64,000 nucleotides of DNA from Rickettsiales bacterium (GTDB taxonomy: Bacteria > Pseudomonadota > Alphaproteobacteria > Rickettsiales > UBA1997), in contig CANEVP010000004.1 in the NCBI GenBank assembly GCA_947442475.1, positions 2,409 through 66,408 on the forward strand. The letters are read 5' to 3'. The notes beneath the pieces were generated by a model. The model saw nothing but the letters and a program-made list of their open reading frames with translations. It searched no databases and was not told where the DNA came from. Shown here in pieces: positions 10,143 to 20,071 of the stretch. The position numbers and the translations under genes were made by a program. The stretch's first letter is position 1; the number at the start of each line of letters is the position of its first letter.

Positions 10143-10541
10143 TTAAGAGAAAATTAATTTTGTTGAATAAAAGCCAAAAAACAGCGCTAAAATTGAAATA
10201 GTAACTGAGGATAATGCGTAAAGTAAGGCTTGCCAGTATTGGCCGGCAGTGGCTAGACGAAAGAAGTCGAGAGAAAAAGCGGAGAAGGTGGTGAATCCCC
10301 CCAAAAATCCGAATAATAAAAAACTCTTCAAACGCAGATCAAAATTATCGAAATTTTTAATAACGAAAAAATAGAGAATACCGGCAATTAGTGATCCTAA
10401 AACGTTTACAAAAAAAGTTGCCCACGGAAATTTCGCTAGGGCCGAGTCGTTAAATTTGATGAGTTTAATCACCATTTCAATCGACAAGTAACGGGCCACC
10501 GACCCAAGAGCGCCACCAATTGCGACTAGGATGATATTCAT
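10143..10541 (-). CDS. crcB: fluoride ion channel CrcB/FluC
   Basis: 132 aa with four TM helices, GGALGSVARY and GFLGGFTTFSAF motifs. Confidence 0.9.
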   Translation of the reverse strand: MNIILVAIGGALGSVARYLSIEMVIKLIKFNDSALAKFPWATFFVNVLGSLIAGILYFFVIKNFDNFDLRLKSFLLFGFLGGFTTFSAFSLDFFRLATAGQYWQALLYALSSVTISILALFFGFYSTKLIFS

Positions 10542-10557
10542 TTTAAAAATTTAAAAC

Positions 10558-11715
10558 TTACGCCAACTTCTTTAGCTTTTCTGCTAAATCAGTTTTTTCC
10601 CAAGAAAATCCACCGTCAGCGTCAGGCTTCCGGCCAAAGTGGCCGTAAGTTGCGGTGCGTTTGTAAATAGGTTTGTTTAAATCTAAGTGAGTGCGAATTC
10701 CGCGCGGACTCAAATCAACTAATTCATTAATTACTTTTACCAAATCTTCGCCAGCTGCGCCAGTTTTATGTGTATTAACATAAAGCGCTAGAGGCTTGGA
10801 AACTCCAATGGCGTAAGCAATTTGAATGGTGCAGCGCTCAGCTAGATTTGCCGCAACAACATTTTTTGCTAGGTAGCGCGCCATGTAAGCGGCAGAGCGA
10901 TCGACTTTAGTTGGGTCTTTTCCAGAAAACGCACCGCCACCGTGAGGAGCTGAGCCGCCGTAAGTATCGACGATAATTTTGCGTCCGGTAAGTCCAGCGT
11001 CGCCGTCTGGGCCACCAATTACAAATTTGCCGGTTGGGTTGACTAAAAATTTATCATCAGAGCACATCCAGCCTTTGGGTAAGGAGTTTTCAACGTAAGG
11101 AAGAATTAGGTCGCGCACTTGTTTTTGGGTCATTCCTTCTTTGTGCTGAATCGACACCAAAACTGTTTCGGTGCGCACTGGCAGGCCATTTTCATACCAG
11201 AGAGTTACTTGGCTTTTAGCATCAGGACCAAGATCGCAAAGCTTACCAGCTCTGATTGCATCCATGATGTTTTGGAGAATGCGATGCGCGTAATAAATTG
11301 CGGCGGGCATTAAAACATCAGTTTCACGGCAAGCGTAACCAAACATAATTCCTTGGTCTCCAGCACCTTCGTCTTTGGAGCCAGAAGCGTCAACGCCCAT
11401 TGCGATGTCGGGCGATTGTTCGTGAAGCAGGTTGGTAATTTTTAAATTTTCAAAGTGGAAGCCATCTTGCTTGTAGCCAATGTCTTTAACGGTTTGGCGA
11501 ATTAAATTTTCGATTTCCATTTTAGAAATTTCCGGCGCGCGAATTTCGCCACCAATAATGACGGTGTTGGTGGTGGCAAAAGTTTCAATCGCCAAGCGCG
11601 AGTAAGGATTTTTAGCTAAATAAGCATCAACTAGAGTGTCAGAAATTTGATCGCAGATTTTATCTGGATGACCTTCGGAAACTGATTCCGAGGTGAATAG
11701 AAAATTTTTTGGCAT
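10558..11715 (-). CDS. metK: S-adenosylmethionine synthase
   Basis: [24 protein letters not shown] and [19 protein letters not shown]. The start was placed at the internal Met ([19 protein letters not shown]) because the upstream 23 codons of the ORF look like leader. Confidence 0.97.
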   Translation of the reverse strand: MPKNFLFTSESVSEGHPDKICDQISDTLVDAYLAKNPYSRLAIETFATTNTVIIGGEIRAPEISKMEIENLIRQTVKDIGYKQDGFHFENLKITNLLHEQSPDIAMGVDASGSKDEGAGDQGIMFGYACRETDVLMPAAIYYAHRILQNIMDAIRAGKLCDLGPDAKSQVTLWYENGLPVRTETVLVSIQHKEGMTQKQVRDLILPYVENSLPKGWMCSDDKFLVNPTGKFVIGGPDGDAGLTGRKIIVDTYGGSAPHGGGAFSGKDPTKVDRSAAYMARYLAKNVVAANLAERCTIQIAYAIGVSKPLALYVNTHKTGAAGEDLVKVINELVDLSPRGIRTHLDLNKPIYKRTATYGHFGRKPDADGGFSWEKTDLAEKLKKLA

Positions 11716-11835
11716 TACTTTTGTATGAAAAGAATTTCGGAAGGCTTTCCAAAAATGAGGGCGGGGTTTTGAACCATTGCGCAATCGAGAACGCGACTAT
11801 TGTTTGAGTGATCTAAATTTCCAGAAAATTTTCTT

Positions 11836-12465
11836 TTAAGATATTTGGCGAGATTTACAAAATTCTGCAATCAAACATTCGCCACATTTAGGCTTTCTAG
11901 CCTGACAAACATAACGCCCATGCAGAATCATCCAGTGGTGGGCGTGGGTTTGCCATTTTTTTGGGATGGTTTTCATTAAGGCGATTTCGGTTTTTTCAAC
12001 CGTGGTTTCATTAACGAAACCAAGGCGATTGGCTACGCGAAAAACGTGCGTGTCAACTGCGATGGTTAGATGCCCGAAGGCGCAGTTTAAAACGACATTG
12101 GCAGTTTTTTGGCCGACTCCGGCGAGAGAAATTAGTGCGTTAAAATCTTCGGGAACTTCTGAGTTAAAGTTTTTTACCAAACTCTCAGAAAGCGTGATAA
12201 TGTTAGCCGCTTTGCCATTGTAGAGGCCGATGGTGTTGATGTATTTTTTGAGATTCTTTTCACCAAGCTTCAGCATTTTTTCGGGCGTATCAGCGATTTT
12301 AAAAAGCTCTTTAGTTGCTTTATTGACGCCAATATCAGTGCTTTGCGCCGACAAAACCACGGCAACTAAAAGCGTGTAATTATTTGTAAATACCAACTCG
12401 GTTTTGGGATGCGGGTTTTCCTTTTGCCAAATTGTAAAAATTTGCTCGATTTTTTTTCTATCCAT
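11836..12465 (-). CDS. nth: endonuclease III
   Basis: HhH-GPD motif (LAGVGQKTANVVL) and a C-terminal 4Fe-4S cluster loop, CQARKPKCGECLIAEFC. Confidence 0.95.
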   Translation of the reverse strand: MDRKKIEQIFTIWQKENPHPKTELVFTNNYTLLVAVVLSAQSTDIGVNKATKELFKIADTPEKMLKLGEKNLKKYINTIGLYNGKAANIITLSESLVKNFNSEVPEDFNALISLAGVGQKTANVVLNCAFGHLTIAVDTHVFRVANRLGFVNETTVEKTEIALMKTIPKKWQTHAHHWMILHGRYVCQARKPKCGECLIAEFCKSRQIS

Positions 12466-12567
12466 CTTTTCTGAATTTTAATTTTACAAATAAATTGTGG
12501 CTTCTTAAGTTCCGCGCCAAACGTGATCTACAGCCGCCCCATCATCATTTCAAAAACGTAATTTCCA

Positions 12568-13980
12568 ATGAATTTTCAAGATATAAAAAAGCAAAACAAA
12601 GTCCATTTTATTGGTTTGGGAGGCATTGGCATGAGTGCTTTGGCGTTTATTTTGCGTGAATTAAATGTTGCAGTTCAAGGCTCTGATCTAGCAGAAAATT
12701 ATTTAACGCCAAAGTTGCGTGAAGCTGGGGCGACTTATTTCGTGGGCCATAAAGCTGAAAATATTTCTGATGATGTTTCGCTAATTGTGCAAACTTCAAT
12801 TATTAAAACGCAAAATCCTGAAATTGTTGAGGCGCAAAAAAGAAATATTCCAATCATCACTCGCGCCAATCTTTTGGCGATAATTATGGGCGAATATAAA
12901 GGCATTACAATTGCTGGAACCCACGGCAAAACTAGCACCACGGGCATTACTTCGCTAATGTTAGAAATTGGCGGGCTTGATCCAACTGTGATTAATGGCG
13001 GGGTTATTCATTATTTTCACAGCAATTCAAAAATCGGCAAAGGCCAATATTTGGTGGCAGAGTCTGACGAATCTGATGCCAGTTTTGTGGATCTTCCAAG
13101 CTTTATTGGTGCGGTTACAAACATTGAAGCAGAGCATTTAGAATTTAGCGGATATGGCGGAAGTTTTGAAAAACAAAAAGCCTGTTTTGAAAGATATGTG
13201 GCGCAAATTCCTGAAAACGGAATGTGTGTGCTTTGTATTGACAGCCCAGAAGTTGAAAAAATCTACGAAAAACTAAAGTCAGCCAAGAAAAATTTGGTGA
13301 CTTATTCCGCAAAAAAAGCGGCTGATTTAATGGTTAAAAATACCAAAATGGATGCTACTGGCTTGACTTTTGATGTGCTTTTTAAATCAGGTCGCGAAAT
13401 CAAAAATATCAAAATGCCGGTTTATGGCGTGCACAATGCCAGCAATGCTCTAGTGGCAATTGCGATTGGCGATTTTTTGGGTTTAAACGACGCGCAAATT
13501 ATCAAAGCCCTCGCCACTTTTAACGGTGTAAAGCGTCGCTTCACTAAAGTTGGTGAATATGAAGGCGTGGCAATCATTGATGATTACGGACACCACCCAA
13601 CTGAAATTTCAACCACTCTAAAAGCGGCGCGCCATTTTGCTGGAAAACACAAAGTAATCTGCGTTTTTCAACCGCATAAATATTCACGAGTTCACGATTT
13701 ATTTAATGAATTTTGTAATGCATTTACTGACGCTGACTACGTGATCGTTTCAGATGTTTACTCGGCCGGACAAGAGCCAATTGCAGGAGCTGGTCAAGAT
13801 GATTTGGTTGCGGGCATTAACAAAGCCGGTCACAAAAATGTGATTAAAATGAATAGTGAAAAAGATTTGGCGCAAATCGTAAAACCATTAATTAGCGCTG
13901 GCGACATTGTCTTTTGCGTTGGTGCCGGAACTGTCACTTACTGGGCTGCCGCTTTATCTGATCAATTAAAAAATACCTAA
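12568..13980 (+). CDS. murC: UDP-N-acetylmuramate--L-alanine ligase
   Basis: GLGGIGMSALA Rossmann motif and the GTHGKTST P-loop. Mur ligase C-terminal DDYGHHPTE. Confidence 0.95.
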   Translation: MNFQDIKKQNKVHFIGLGGIGMSALAFILRELNVAVQGSDLAENYLTPKLREAGATYFVGHKAENISDDVSLIVQTSIIKTQNPEIVEAQKRNIPIITRANLLAIIMGEYKGITIAGTHGKTSTTGITSLMLEIGGLDPTVINGGVIHYFHSNSKIGKGQYLVAESDESDASFVDLPSFIGAVTNIEAEHLEFSGYGGSFEKQKACFERYVAQIPENGMCVLCIDSPEVEKIYEKLKSAKKNLVTYSAKKAADLMVKNTKMDATGLTFDVLFKSGREIKNIKMPVYGVHNASNALVAIAIGDFLGLNDAQIIKALATFNGVKRRFTKVGEYEGVAIIDDYGHHPTEISTTLKAARHFAGKHKVICVFQPHKYSRVHDLFNEFCNAFTDADYVIVSDVYSAGQEPIAGAGQDDLVAGINKAGHKNVIKMNSEKDLAQIVKPLISAGDIVFCVGAGTVTYWAAALSDQLKNT

Positions 13981-13986
13981 TTTCTG

Positions 13987-14430
13987 ATGGAAAAAATTGC
14001 CAATCAAGTTGTCACAAAAGATTTAAACAGCAAAGAAGAGATCCTTCTTGCCTATGAAATCGTGAAGCAGAGATATCAGAAATTAAGTTTAGAAGATTTT
14101 GCAGCGCAAATTTCTGAAATGATTGAGATGAATGATTTTAAAATGGTTGGTGCATTTATTGATGATAAAATCGTCGGAGTTTGCGGCTATTGGATTCTAC
14201 GCATGCTTTACTGTGGACGCTACATCCAGCTTTCAAGTTTTATTGTTGATGAAGAAAAAAGAGGCTTTGGAATTGGTAAAAAAATTCTTGGCGAAATCGA
14301 AAAAATCGGCAAAAAATTAAACTGCGAAAAAATTATTTTAGACTCTTTTACCGAGAATAAAAAATCGCATTCGCTCTATTACAAAGAGAATTTTTACATT
14401 CGCGGATTTCATTTTATGAAAGATTTGTAA
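13987..14430 (+). CDS. GNAT-family N-acetyltransferase
   Basis: 147 aa with acetyl-CoA motif A (KRGFGIGKKIL). Confidence 0.8.
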   Translation: MEKIANQVVTKDLNSKEEILLAYEIVKQRYQKLSLEDFAAQISEMIEMNDFKMVGAFIDDKIVGVCGYWILRMLYCGRYIQLSSFIVDEEKRGFGIGKKILGEIEKIGKKLNCEKIILDSFTENKKSHSLYYKENFYIRGFHFMKDL

Positions 14431-14506
14431 AAATTTAATAACGCTTCAAAATCAAGATTTAACAAGACATCACATTGTTAAACTTAATAACAAACCTAGT
14501 CCAAAT

Positions 14507-15556
14507 ATGCGCGTCACCAGCTCATCTGTCGAAAGTAATTCAGTGTCCATAAATTCTCTTCCTGCGCAAATAGAGATGTTTCAGAAATTTAATACCAAAG
14601 AAGGAATTGCTAAAATGCAGACGCAACAATCTTTGGAAGGCTATAAGTTCATTGATCTTTTTGCTGGAATAGGGGGAATTAGAACGGCGTTTGATAAATT
14701 AAAAGCGAGCTGTGTTTTTTCTTCCGAGTGGGATAAGTTCAGTCAAATAACTTATGAAGCAAATTTTGGACATAAACCTTTTGGAGATATTACAAAAATT
14801 TCAGCCGAAGAAATTCCTTCTTTTGACATACTTTTGGCGGGTTTTCCATGCCAGCCATTCTCTAATGCTGGTCATAAAAAAGGTTTTGAAGATACTAGGG
14901 GAACTCTATTTTTTGATATCTGTAGGATCATTGATTTTCATAAGCCGCAAGTATTGCTACTTGAAAATGTGAAGGGATTTAAGAGTCACGATAAGGGTCG
15001 AACATTTGCGACCGTTAGAAAAACTTTGGAAGAGATGGGGTATAATGTTTACTCGCAAATATTGAACTCAAAAGATTTTGGGGTTCCACAAAATAGAGAG
15101 AGAATCTACATAGTTGCATTTAGAGATTTTGTTAAATTCAGTTTTCCGCTTCCTCTGGAGAGCAAGACTAATCTTGGATCTATCATGCAAGATGAGGTAG
15201 ATGCTAAGTATACTATTTCAGATAAATTGTGGGAAGGTCATCGGCGCAGAAAATTAGAACATCAAAGAAAAGGTAATGGTTTTGGTTACTCAATTTTTAA
15301 TAAAAAATCTGCTTATACGAGCACAATTTCTGCCAGATATTACAAAGATGGATCAGAAATTCTGATCGAACAGAACGATAAAAATCCTAGAAAATTAACC
15401 CCAAGAGAAGCAGCGAGGCTGCAAGGATTTTCGGATAATTTCGTTATCCCAGTAAGTGATGTTCAGGCTTATAAGCAGTTTGGCAATAGTGTTTCTGTGC
15501 CAGTATTGAAGGCTATCGCCTTGGAAATTAGTAAATCTTTATCGGCTAAATCATGA
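14507..15556 (+). CDS. DNA (cytosine-5)-methyltransferase (HpaII-like conserved core; specificity unknown)
   Basis: Motif I DLFAGIGG, motif IV GFPCQPFS, motif VI ENV, motif VIII QNRER, motif X GNSV. The true start may be an internal Met about 25-35 codons in. Confidence 0.93.
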   Translation: MRVTSSSVESNSVSINSLPAQIEMFQKFNTKEGIAKMQTQQSLEGYKFIDLFAGIGGIRTAFDKLKASCVFSSEWDKFSQITYEANFGHKPFGDITKISAEEIPSFDILLAGFPCQPFSNAGHKKGFEDTRGTLFFDICRIIDFHKPQVLLLENVKGFKSHDKGRTFATVRKTLEEMGYNVYSQILNSKDFGVPQNRERIYIVAFRDFVKFSFPLPLESKTNLGSIMQDEVDAKYTISDKLWEGHRRRKLEHQRKGNGFGYSIFNKKSAYTSTISARYYKDGSEILIEQNDKNPRKLTPREAARLQGFSDNFVIPVSDVQAYKQFGNSVSVPVLKAIALEISKSLSAKS

Positions 15557-16554
15557 AAATAAATAAACTCAAAATCAAAAGTGATAAACTTGATCTGAAT
15601 CTAAAATTTTATTTCTTCTTAAAATACTTGGTGAAAGCAAAGCTTACCGAAGCTCAATCTCAAAATCTTTTAGAAAGGATTTCTCTGGGTAGTGATTTGT
15701 CTGAGGAGATAAGTTCTTTTCTCAAAAGTATTTCTGGTAAAGATAAGAGAGATGCGCTGGGTCTTTTATTTGAGCAGCTAGATCTAGATCTTGATGTAGA
15801 GATGTTTGCGTTTGGATTAAAACTTTATCTTTGCAAAGATTTGCTTCTCAAAGAAGCTAAAATCAGTGATTTTGTAAATATCGATAAGCTAAAAAATTTA
15901 AACCCACTGTCTGTTGGTTATGATAAAATATCAGTTTATAAGCCTTACCACACAAGGGTTAACGGTGTGTTGCTAGCGCTTTTATTTTTTGAGAAAATAG
16001 AGAAAAGCAAAACCAATTTTATGTCAGAAGATGCGGCTGACTTTATTAAAAATCTTTCTGATGCCGCTATCAGCTTGAAGAAGCAAGGGCTCGAACCAAA
16101 TCAAATCTTCATGCTAATGTTCTCTGAAAGTATCAATCAGTCTATTATTTCAGATTCAGGATCAAATTACGAAGACAGAATTTTAATGGTCTTAAAGAAA
16201 ATTGGGATCGCAGAAGAGAATATTAAAAAAATACACGATAAGGATGATTCAAGTACGGAGTTTGATTTTTTCTTTGATCTAGATGGTCGTAGCTATGGAA
16301 TTGGAGCCAAAAGAACTCTGAGAGAAAGATATAAGCAATTTATTAAGACGGCTCAGATGAGTAAGATAGATGTAATGATCGAGATAACCCTTGGGCTAGA
16401 TCTTAACGAAGAAAAGGCCAGAACCATAAATAATAATGGGGTTTATCTTTTTGTTGCTGAGGAGATATACGATTCCAGAGATTTTCTTCGAAAATTAAGT
16501 GGCGTTTATTCCACAAAAGATCTCAACATAAAAACTCTGAAATCTCTTAAGTAA
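15553..16554 (+). CDS. putative type II restriction endonuclease (cognate of the m5C methyltransferase)
   Basis: ATGA start/stop overlap with the methyltransferase. No recognisable housekeeping family. Visibly more A+T-rich than the flanks. A possible PD-(D/E)xK-like segment (FDFFFDLDGRSYGIGAKRTLRER) is not certain. Confidence 0.6.
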   Translation: MKINKLKIKSDKLDLNLKFYFFLKYLVKAKLTEAQSQNLLERISLGSDLSEEISSFLKSISGKDKRDALGLLFEQLDLDLDVEMFAFGLKLYLCKDLLLKEAKISDFVNIDKLKNLNPLSVGYDKISVYKPYHTRVNGVLLALLFFEKIEKSKTNFMSEDAADFIKNLSDAAISLKKQGLEPNQIFMLMFSESINQSIISDSGSNYEDRILMVLKKIGIAEENIKKIHDKDDSSTEFDFFFDLDGRSYGIGAKRTLRERYKQFIKTAQMSKIDVMIEITLGLDLNEEKARTINNNGVYLFVAEEIYDSRDFLRKLSGVYSTKDLNIKTLKSLK

Positions 16555-17379
16555 ATGCCTCAAATCAAAATCGCTAGCTTCAACGTAAACTCTGTAAAAG
16601 CACGCCTACCAAGGCTTCTTGAATGGTTGAAAAATTCTAATCCTGACGTGGTTTTGTTGCAGGAATTAAAATGTGTTGAAAGCGAATTTCCTTTTACAGC
16701 CTTTTTTGACGCCGGTTACAACGCTGCAGTTTTTGGTCAGAAAACTTACAATGGTGTGGCGATTCTTTCGAAATCAAAAATTGAAGATGTGGTTAAAGGC
16801 TTGCCAATACTGGATGGGGAAGTTGATGAGCAAGCACGTTACATCGAAGCAGTTTTGCCTTTTGGCGGCAAGGCAATTCGCGTTGCCTCAATTTATGTTC
16901 CCAATGGCGGGGGAGATTTAATGCCAAATGAGGCGCTAGAAAATAGTCAAAAATTCATTTACAAAATGAAATTCTTCGAGCGCTTAAAGGTTTATCTTTC
17001 TAAGACTCTGGCTTTTGAGGAAATGCAAATTTTCGGCGGAGATTACAATGTTGCGTCTTTTGATATTGATGTTTTTGACCCAAAAAGTTTAAACGGCACA
17101 GTTTGTTTTCATCCACTGGAGCGCCAAAAATTTCACTCACTTTTAAATTTAGGATTGGTTGATTCTTACCGCGCTTTTAGCGCCCAAAATCAGGCTTTTA
17201 GCTGGTGGGATTATCGCGGCGGCTCGTGGCAGCATAATAAAGGAATGAGGATTGATTATCTTTTGGCGTCTCCCCAAGCAGCTGATAAAATCTCGGCAGT
17301 AGGAATTGAAGATCGCGGTGTGAGAGATCAGGAAAAGGCCTCAGATCATTGTCCGGTGGTGGTTGCGATTGAAGTTTAA
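16555..17379 (+). CDS. xth: exodeoxyribonuclease III (AP endonuclease)
   Basis: ASFNVNS, LQELK and a C-terminal SDHCPV motif. The ATG follows the stop of the upstream ORF directly. Confidence 0.93.
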   Translation: MPQIKIASFNVNSVKARLPRLLEWLKNSNPDVVLLQELKCVESEFPFTAFFDAGYNAAVFGQKTYNGVAILSKSKIEDVVKGLPILDGEVDEQARYIEAVLPFGGKAIRVASIYVPNGGGDLMPNEALENSQKFIYKMKFFERLKVYLSKTLAFEEMQIFGGDYNVASFDIDVFDPKSLNGTVCFHPLERQKFHSLLNLGLVDSYRAFSAQNQAFSWWDYRGGSWQHNKGMRIDYLLASPQAADKISAVGIEDRGVRDQEKASDHCPVVVAIEV

Positions 17380-17391
17380 TTCGCCATATCA

Positions 17392-17483
17392 ACCACCCTC
17401 GATGTCATCCTGAGCCTGTCGAAGGATGATGCAAGCCCGTGCCTAGAATCATCCTTCGACAGGCTCAGGATGACATCGGTGGT
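17392..17483. repeat. palindromic (hairpin) repeat element, 30-bp perfect arms
   Basis: Arm 17401-17430 (gatgtcatcctgagcctgtcgaaggatgat) is the exact reverse complement of 17448-17477, with a 17-nt loop. Lies between convergent xth and yggU. Confidence 0.9.
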
Positions 17484-17749
17484 ATTAAAATAATATTACC
17501 TTCAACTTTCACCACCTTCATCCTTGATGTTTCACCGCGGATAATTTCGATTTTGGATTTGGAAATTTTTAAGGTTTTTGCCAAAAATTTTATTAATTCT
17601 TCATTGGCTTTATTGTCCTCTGGAACTGCGGCTAGATTGATTTTGATGTATTCTTGATTTTTCTCGTCGAGAAATTTTCCGCTGATTTTGGTTTGCGAGG
17701 AATTTGGTGTGACCTTGATGTGGAGTATGCTGTGTGGGGATGGTTTCAT
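17465..17749 (-). CDS. DUF167 (YggU) family protein
   Basis: 94 aa with the VTPNSS...L.AAPEDNKANEELIKFLAK...I.IIRGETSR.K pattern typical of YggU. The last codons and the stop lie inside the palindromic repeat. Confidence 0.8.
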   Translation of the reverse strand: MKPSPHSILHIKVTPNSSQTKISGKFLDEKNQEYIKINLAAVPEDNKANEELIKFLAKTLKISKSKIEIIRGETSRMKVVKVEGNIILIPPMSS

Positions 17750-17762
17750 TTTCTAAAAAAAG

Positions 17763-17860
17763 TTATAGGTCCCTGAGCAAAGCGTAAGCGTCGTCGAAGG
17801 GCCTGAAATGAGGTGTTTCGGCCCTTCGACGACTCTTACGCTTTGCTCAGGGACCTATAA
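17763..17860. repeat. palindromic MITE-like element, about 98 nt (family B)
   Basis: 41-nt arms 17763-17803 and 17820-17860 are reverse complements with one mismatch. Same family as 32070-32166. Confidence 0.9.
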
Positions 17861-17861
17861 A

Positions 17862-19475
17862 TTATTTCTGTAAATCTTGCAAAGCTCTCACTTCAAATTT
17901 ACAACCTTGATCTTTGTAAGCCTCAAGCGCATCAACTAAAGCTCTAGCGCCCGACATTGTTGTGGTGTAGCTAACGCCGCGCATCAAAGAAGTTCTGCGA
18001 ATTGAGAAACTATCTTTAGTTGCTTGCGCGCCTTCGGTTGTGTTGATCACCAAAGCGATTTCTTTGCGGTCGATCATGTCAACCACATGCGGTTTGTCTT
18101 CGGTGATTTTATTTACTATTGTAACAGCAATGTCGTTTTCAGCTAAGAATTTCGCGGTGCCGCGCGTTGCGACAATTTTAAATCCGATTTTAATTAATTT
18201 TCTGGCGAGGTTGGGAAGATGTTTTTTATCCGAATCTTTCACCGATAAAAATACCAAACCTTCAGTTAAAAGTTTTACACCAGCAGCCATTTGAGCCTTG
18301 GCAAATGCCAGCGCAAAGGTGGTGTCAATTCCCATCACTTCGCCAGTTGATTTCATTTCTGGTCCCAAAAGCGTGTCAGTGTTTGAGAAGCGGGCGAAAG
18401 GAAAAACCACTTCTTTTACTGAAAAATAGTTAAGCTTTTTTTCCTGCAATTTGAATTCGGAAATTTTTTTCCCAACCATAATAAGAGAAGCAATTTTGGC
18501 GATTGGAATGCCGGTTGCTTTTGCCACAAAAGGCACGGTGCGTGAGGCGCGCGGGTTAACTTCTAGCACGAAAAGCTTTTCATTTTGAATGGCATATTGC
18601 ACATTCATCAAGCCTTTTACGTTGAGTGCCAAAGCCATTTTCACCGTCGCTTTTTTGACTTCTTCAATCATTTTTTCTGACAAAGAAAAAGGCGGAATCG
18701 AGCAAGCAGAGTCGCCCGAGTGAATGCCGGCTTCTTCAATGTGCTGCATAATTCCAGCAACAAAAACTTCTTCGCCGTCGCATAAAGCATCAACGTCAAC
18801 TTCAATTGCGTCAGTTAAAAATTTGTCGAGAAGTAATGGGCCGCTTTCAAAAACATCAGAATATTCGACGAGATATTTCATCAAATAAGCTTCATCATAA
18901 ACAATCGCCATGCCTCGTCCACCAAGAACGTAAGACGGGCGCACCACAACTGGAAAACCGATTTCATTAACTTGATCCAAAACCTGTTTTGCGGAATAAG
19001 CGATGTAGTTTTGTGGCTGATTTAATTCGAGTTTTTGCAAAAGTTTTTTGAAGCGATCGCGATCTTCAGCCAAGTCAATCATGTCAGGAGATGTGCCGAT
19101 AATTGGAATATTTTCATCTTGCAAAAACTTGGCGAGGCTTAGAGGCGTCTGACCGCCAAACTGAACGTTAACCCCGAGCAATTCGCCGTTGCTCATTTCT
19201 TTTTTGATTAATTCGATGGTGTCTTCAGCGGTTAGTGGCTCGAAATAAAGGCGGTCCGATGTGTCGTAATCAGTTGAAACTGTTTCGGGATTGCAATTAA
19301 CCATGATCGCTTCAATGCCATGAGCTTTAAAAGCAAATGCGGCGTGAACGCATGTGTAATCAAACTCAATGCCTTGTCCGATGCGGTTCGGCCCTGAGCC
19401 AAGAATGACAACTTTTTTGCGATTAGTAGGATTTGATTCGCAGGAAGATAGGTTGAAGGCGGACATTGCGGACAT
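17862..19475 (-). CDS. carB: carbamoyl-phosphate synthase large subunit, C-terminal half only (second ATP-grasp plus MGS-like allosteric domain)
   Basis: Collinear by eye with E. coli CarB from about residue 550 to the end ([69 protein letters not shown]). No N-terminal half lies upstream. Confidence 0.9.
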   Translation of the reverse strand: MSAMSAFNLSSCESNPTNRKKVVILGSGPNRIGQGIEFDYTCVHAAFAFKAHGIEAIMVNCNPETVSTDYDTSDRLYFEPLTAEDTIELIKKEMSNGELLGVNVQFGGQTPLSLAKFLQDENIPIIGTSPDMIDLAEDRDRFKKLLQKLELNQPQNYIAYSAKQVLDQVNEIGFPVVVRPSYVLGGRGMAIVYDEAYLMKYLVEYSDVFESGPLLLDKFLTDAIEVDVDALCDGEEVFVAGIMQHIEEAGIHSGDSACSIPPFSLSEKMIEEVKKATVKMALALNVKGLMNVQYAIQNEKLFVLEVNPRASRTVPFVAKATGIPIAKIASLIMVGKKISEFKLQEKKLNYFSVKEVVFPFARFSNTDTLLGPEMKSTGEVMGIDTTFALAFAKAQMAAGVKLLTEGLVFLSVKDSDKKHLPNLARKLIKIGFKIVATRGTAKFLAENDIAVTIVNKITEDKPHVVDMIDRKEIALVINTTEGAQATKDSFSIRRTSLMRGVSYTTTMSGARALVDALEAYKDQGCKFEVRALQDLQK

Positions 19476-19624
19476 TTTTGCTAAGATTTTTGAGAGATTT
19501 TTAAGAAGAGATTTCGGCGCACTCTAAGAAGTGAAATTTTAATTTCTAAAGATTTTTCCCGACAATTCTTTGATCATTTTCTTTGGCTACTTGTTTAAAA
19601 AGAAACCGTAACTAACTTTGCGCC

Positions 19625-20040
19625 CGCTCGCGGACTTCGGTTTGCAAGCTATGGTGATAAACTCTTTTCATAATAAACGTACATGGACCTGGGGGCAGTA
19701 CCCAGCACCTCCAGCCTTCGCTCTTACGGTCTTCGCTGTAAGTGAAAAGATCGTTAGAGCGAAGGCTGCCGCGCTGTAGCTTTAGCGAAAGCGGGCCTAC
19801 AACGCGTCTACCAAGCTACAAAGCTAGGGGGTGACACAGCTTTCGACATGCGATAAAAGGATTGATTTTACTCGGTTGAGAAACTGCCGGTTGCGTTCGC
19901 AAGTTCGCGATATCCGTTCAAAAAAAGTAAATGCAAACGACAACTTTGCTAATGATAACTTCGAATTTGCTCCAGTGGCTTTAGCTGCTTAGCATAAGTG
20001 ATTTTATCGGGGCCGCCCGAGCGCCTGTCAACAGAAGCTC
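19625..20040 (+). ncRNA. ssrA: two-piece (circularly permuted) tmRNA; ends approximate
   Basis: Acceptor piece: T-arm ctggg/ggcagta/cccag (19689-19705), then the 3' acceptor strand CACCTCC plus discriminator A (19706-19713). A hairpin spacer follows. Coding piece starts GGGGGTG...TTCGAC at 19827, with G3:U pairing to the upstream strand. Tag ORF 19933-19992 encodes ANDNFANDNFEFAPVALAA-stop. Confidence 0.75.
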
Positions 20041-20071
20041 GGGCACTTTCTCGCATTTAAAAATATTCCTC

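Noticed and set aside
11716-11835. Possible SAM riboswitch in the metK leader
   Set aside because: The leader contains cgauugcgc...aaagcc and a ggaaagccuucc hairpin. I could not fit it to the SAM-II/SAM-V pseudoknot consensus by eye, and it needs a covariance-model scan (Rfam) before any claim.
17439-17657. 72-aa + strand ORF (MPRIILRQAQDDIGG...)
   Set aside because: Its N-terminus is translated from the palindromic repeat, and the remainder is antisense to the YggU-family gene.
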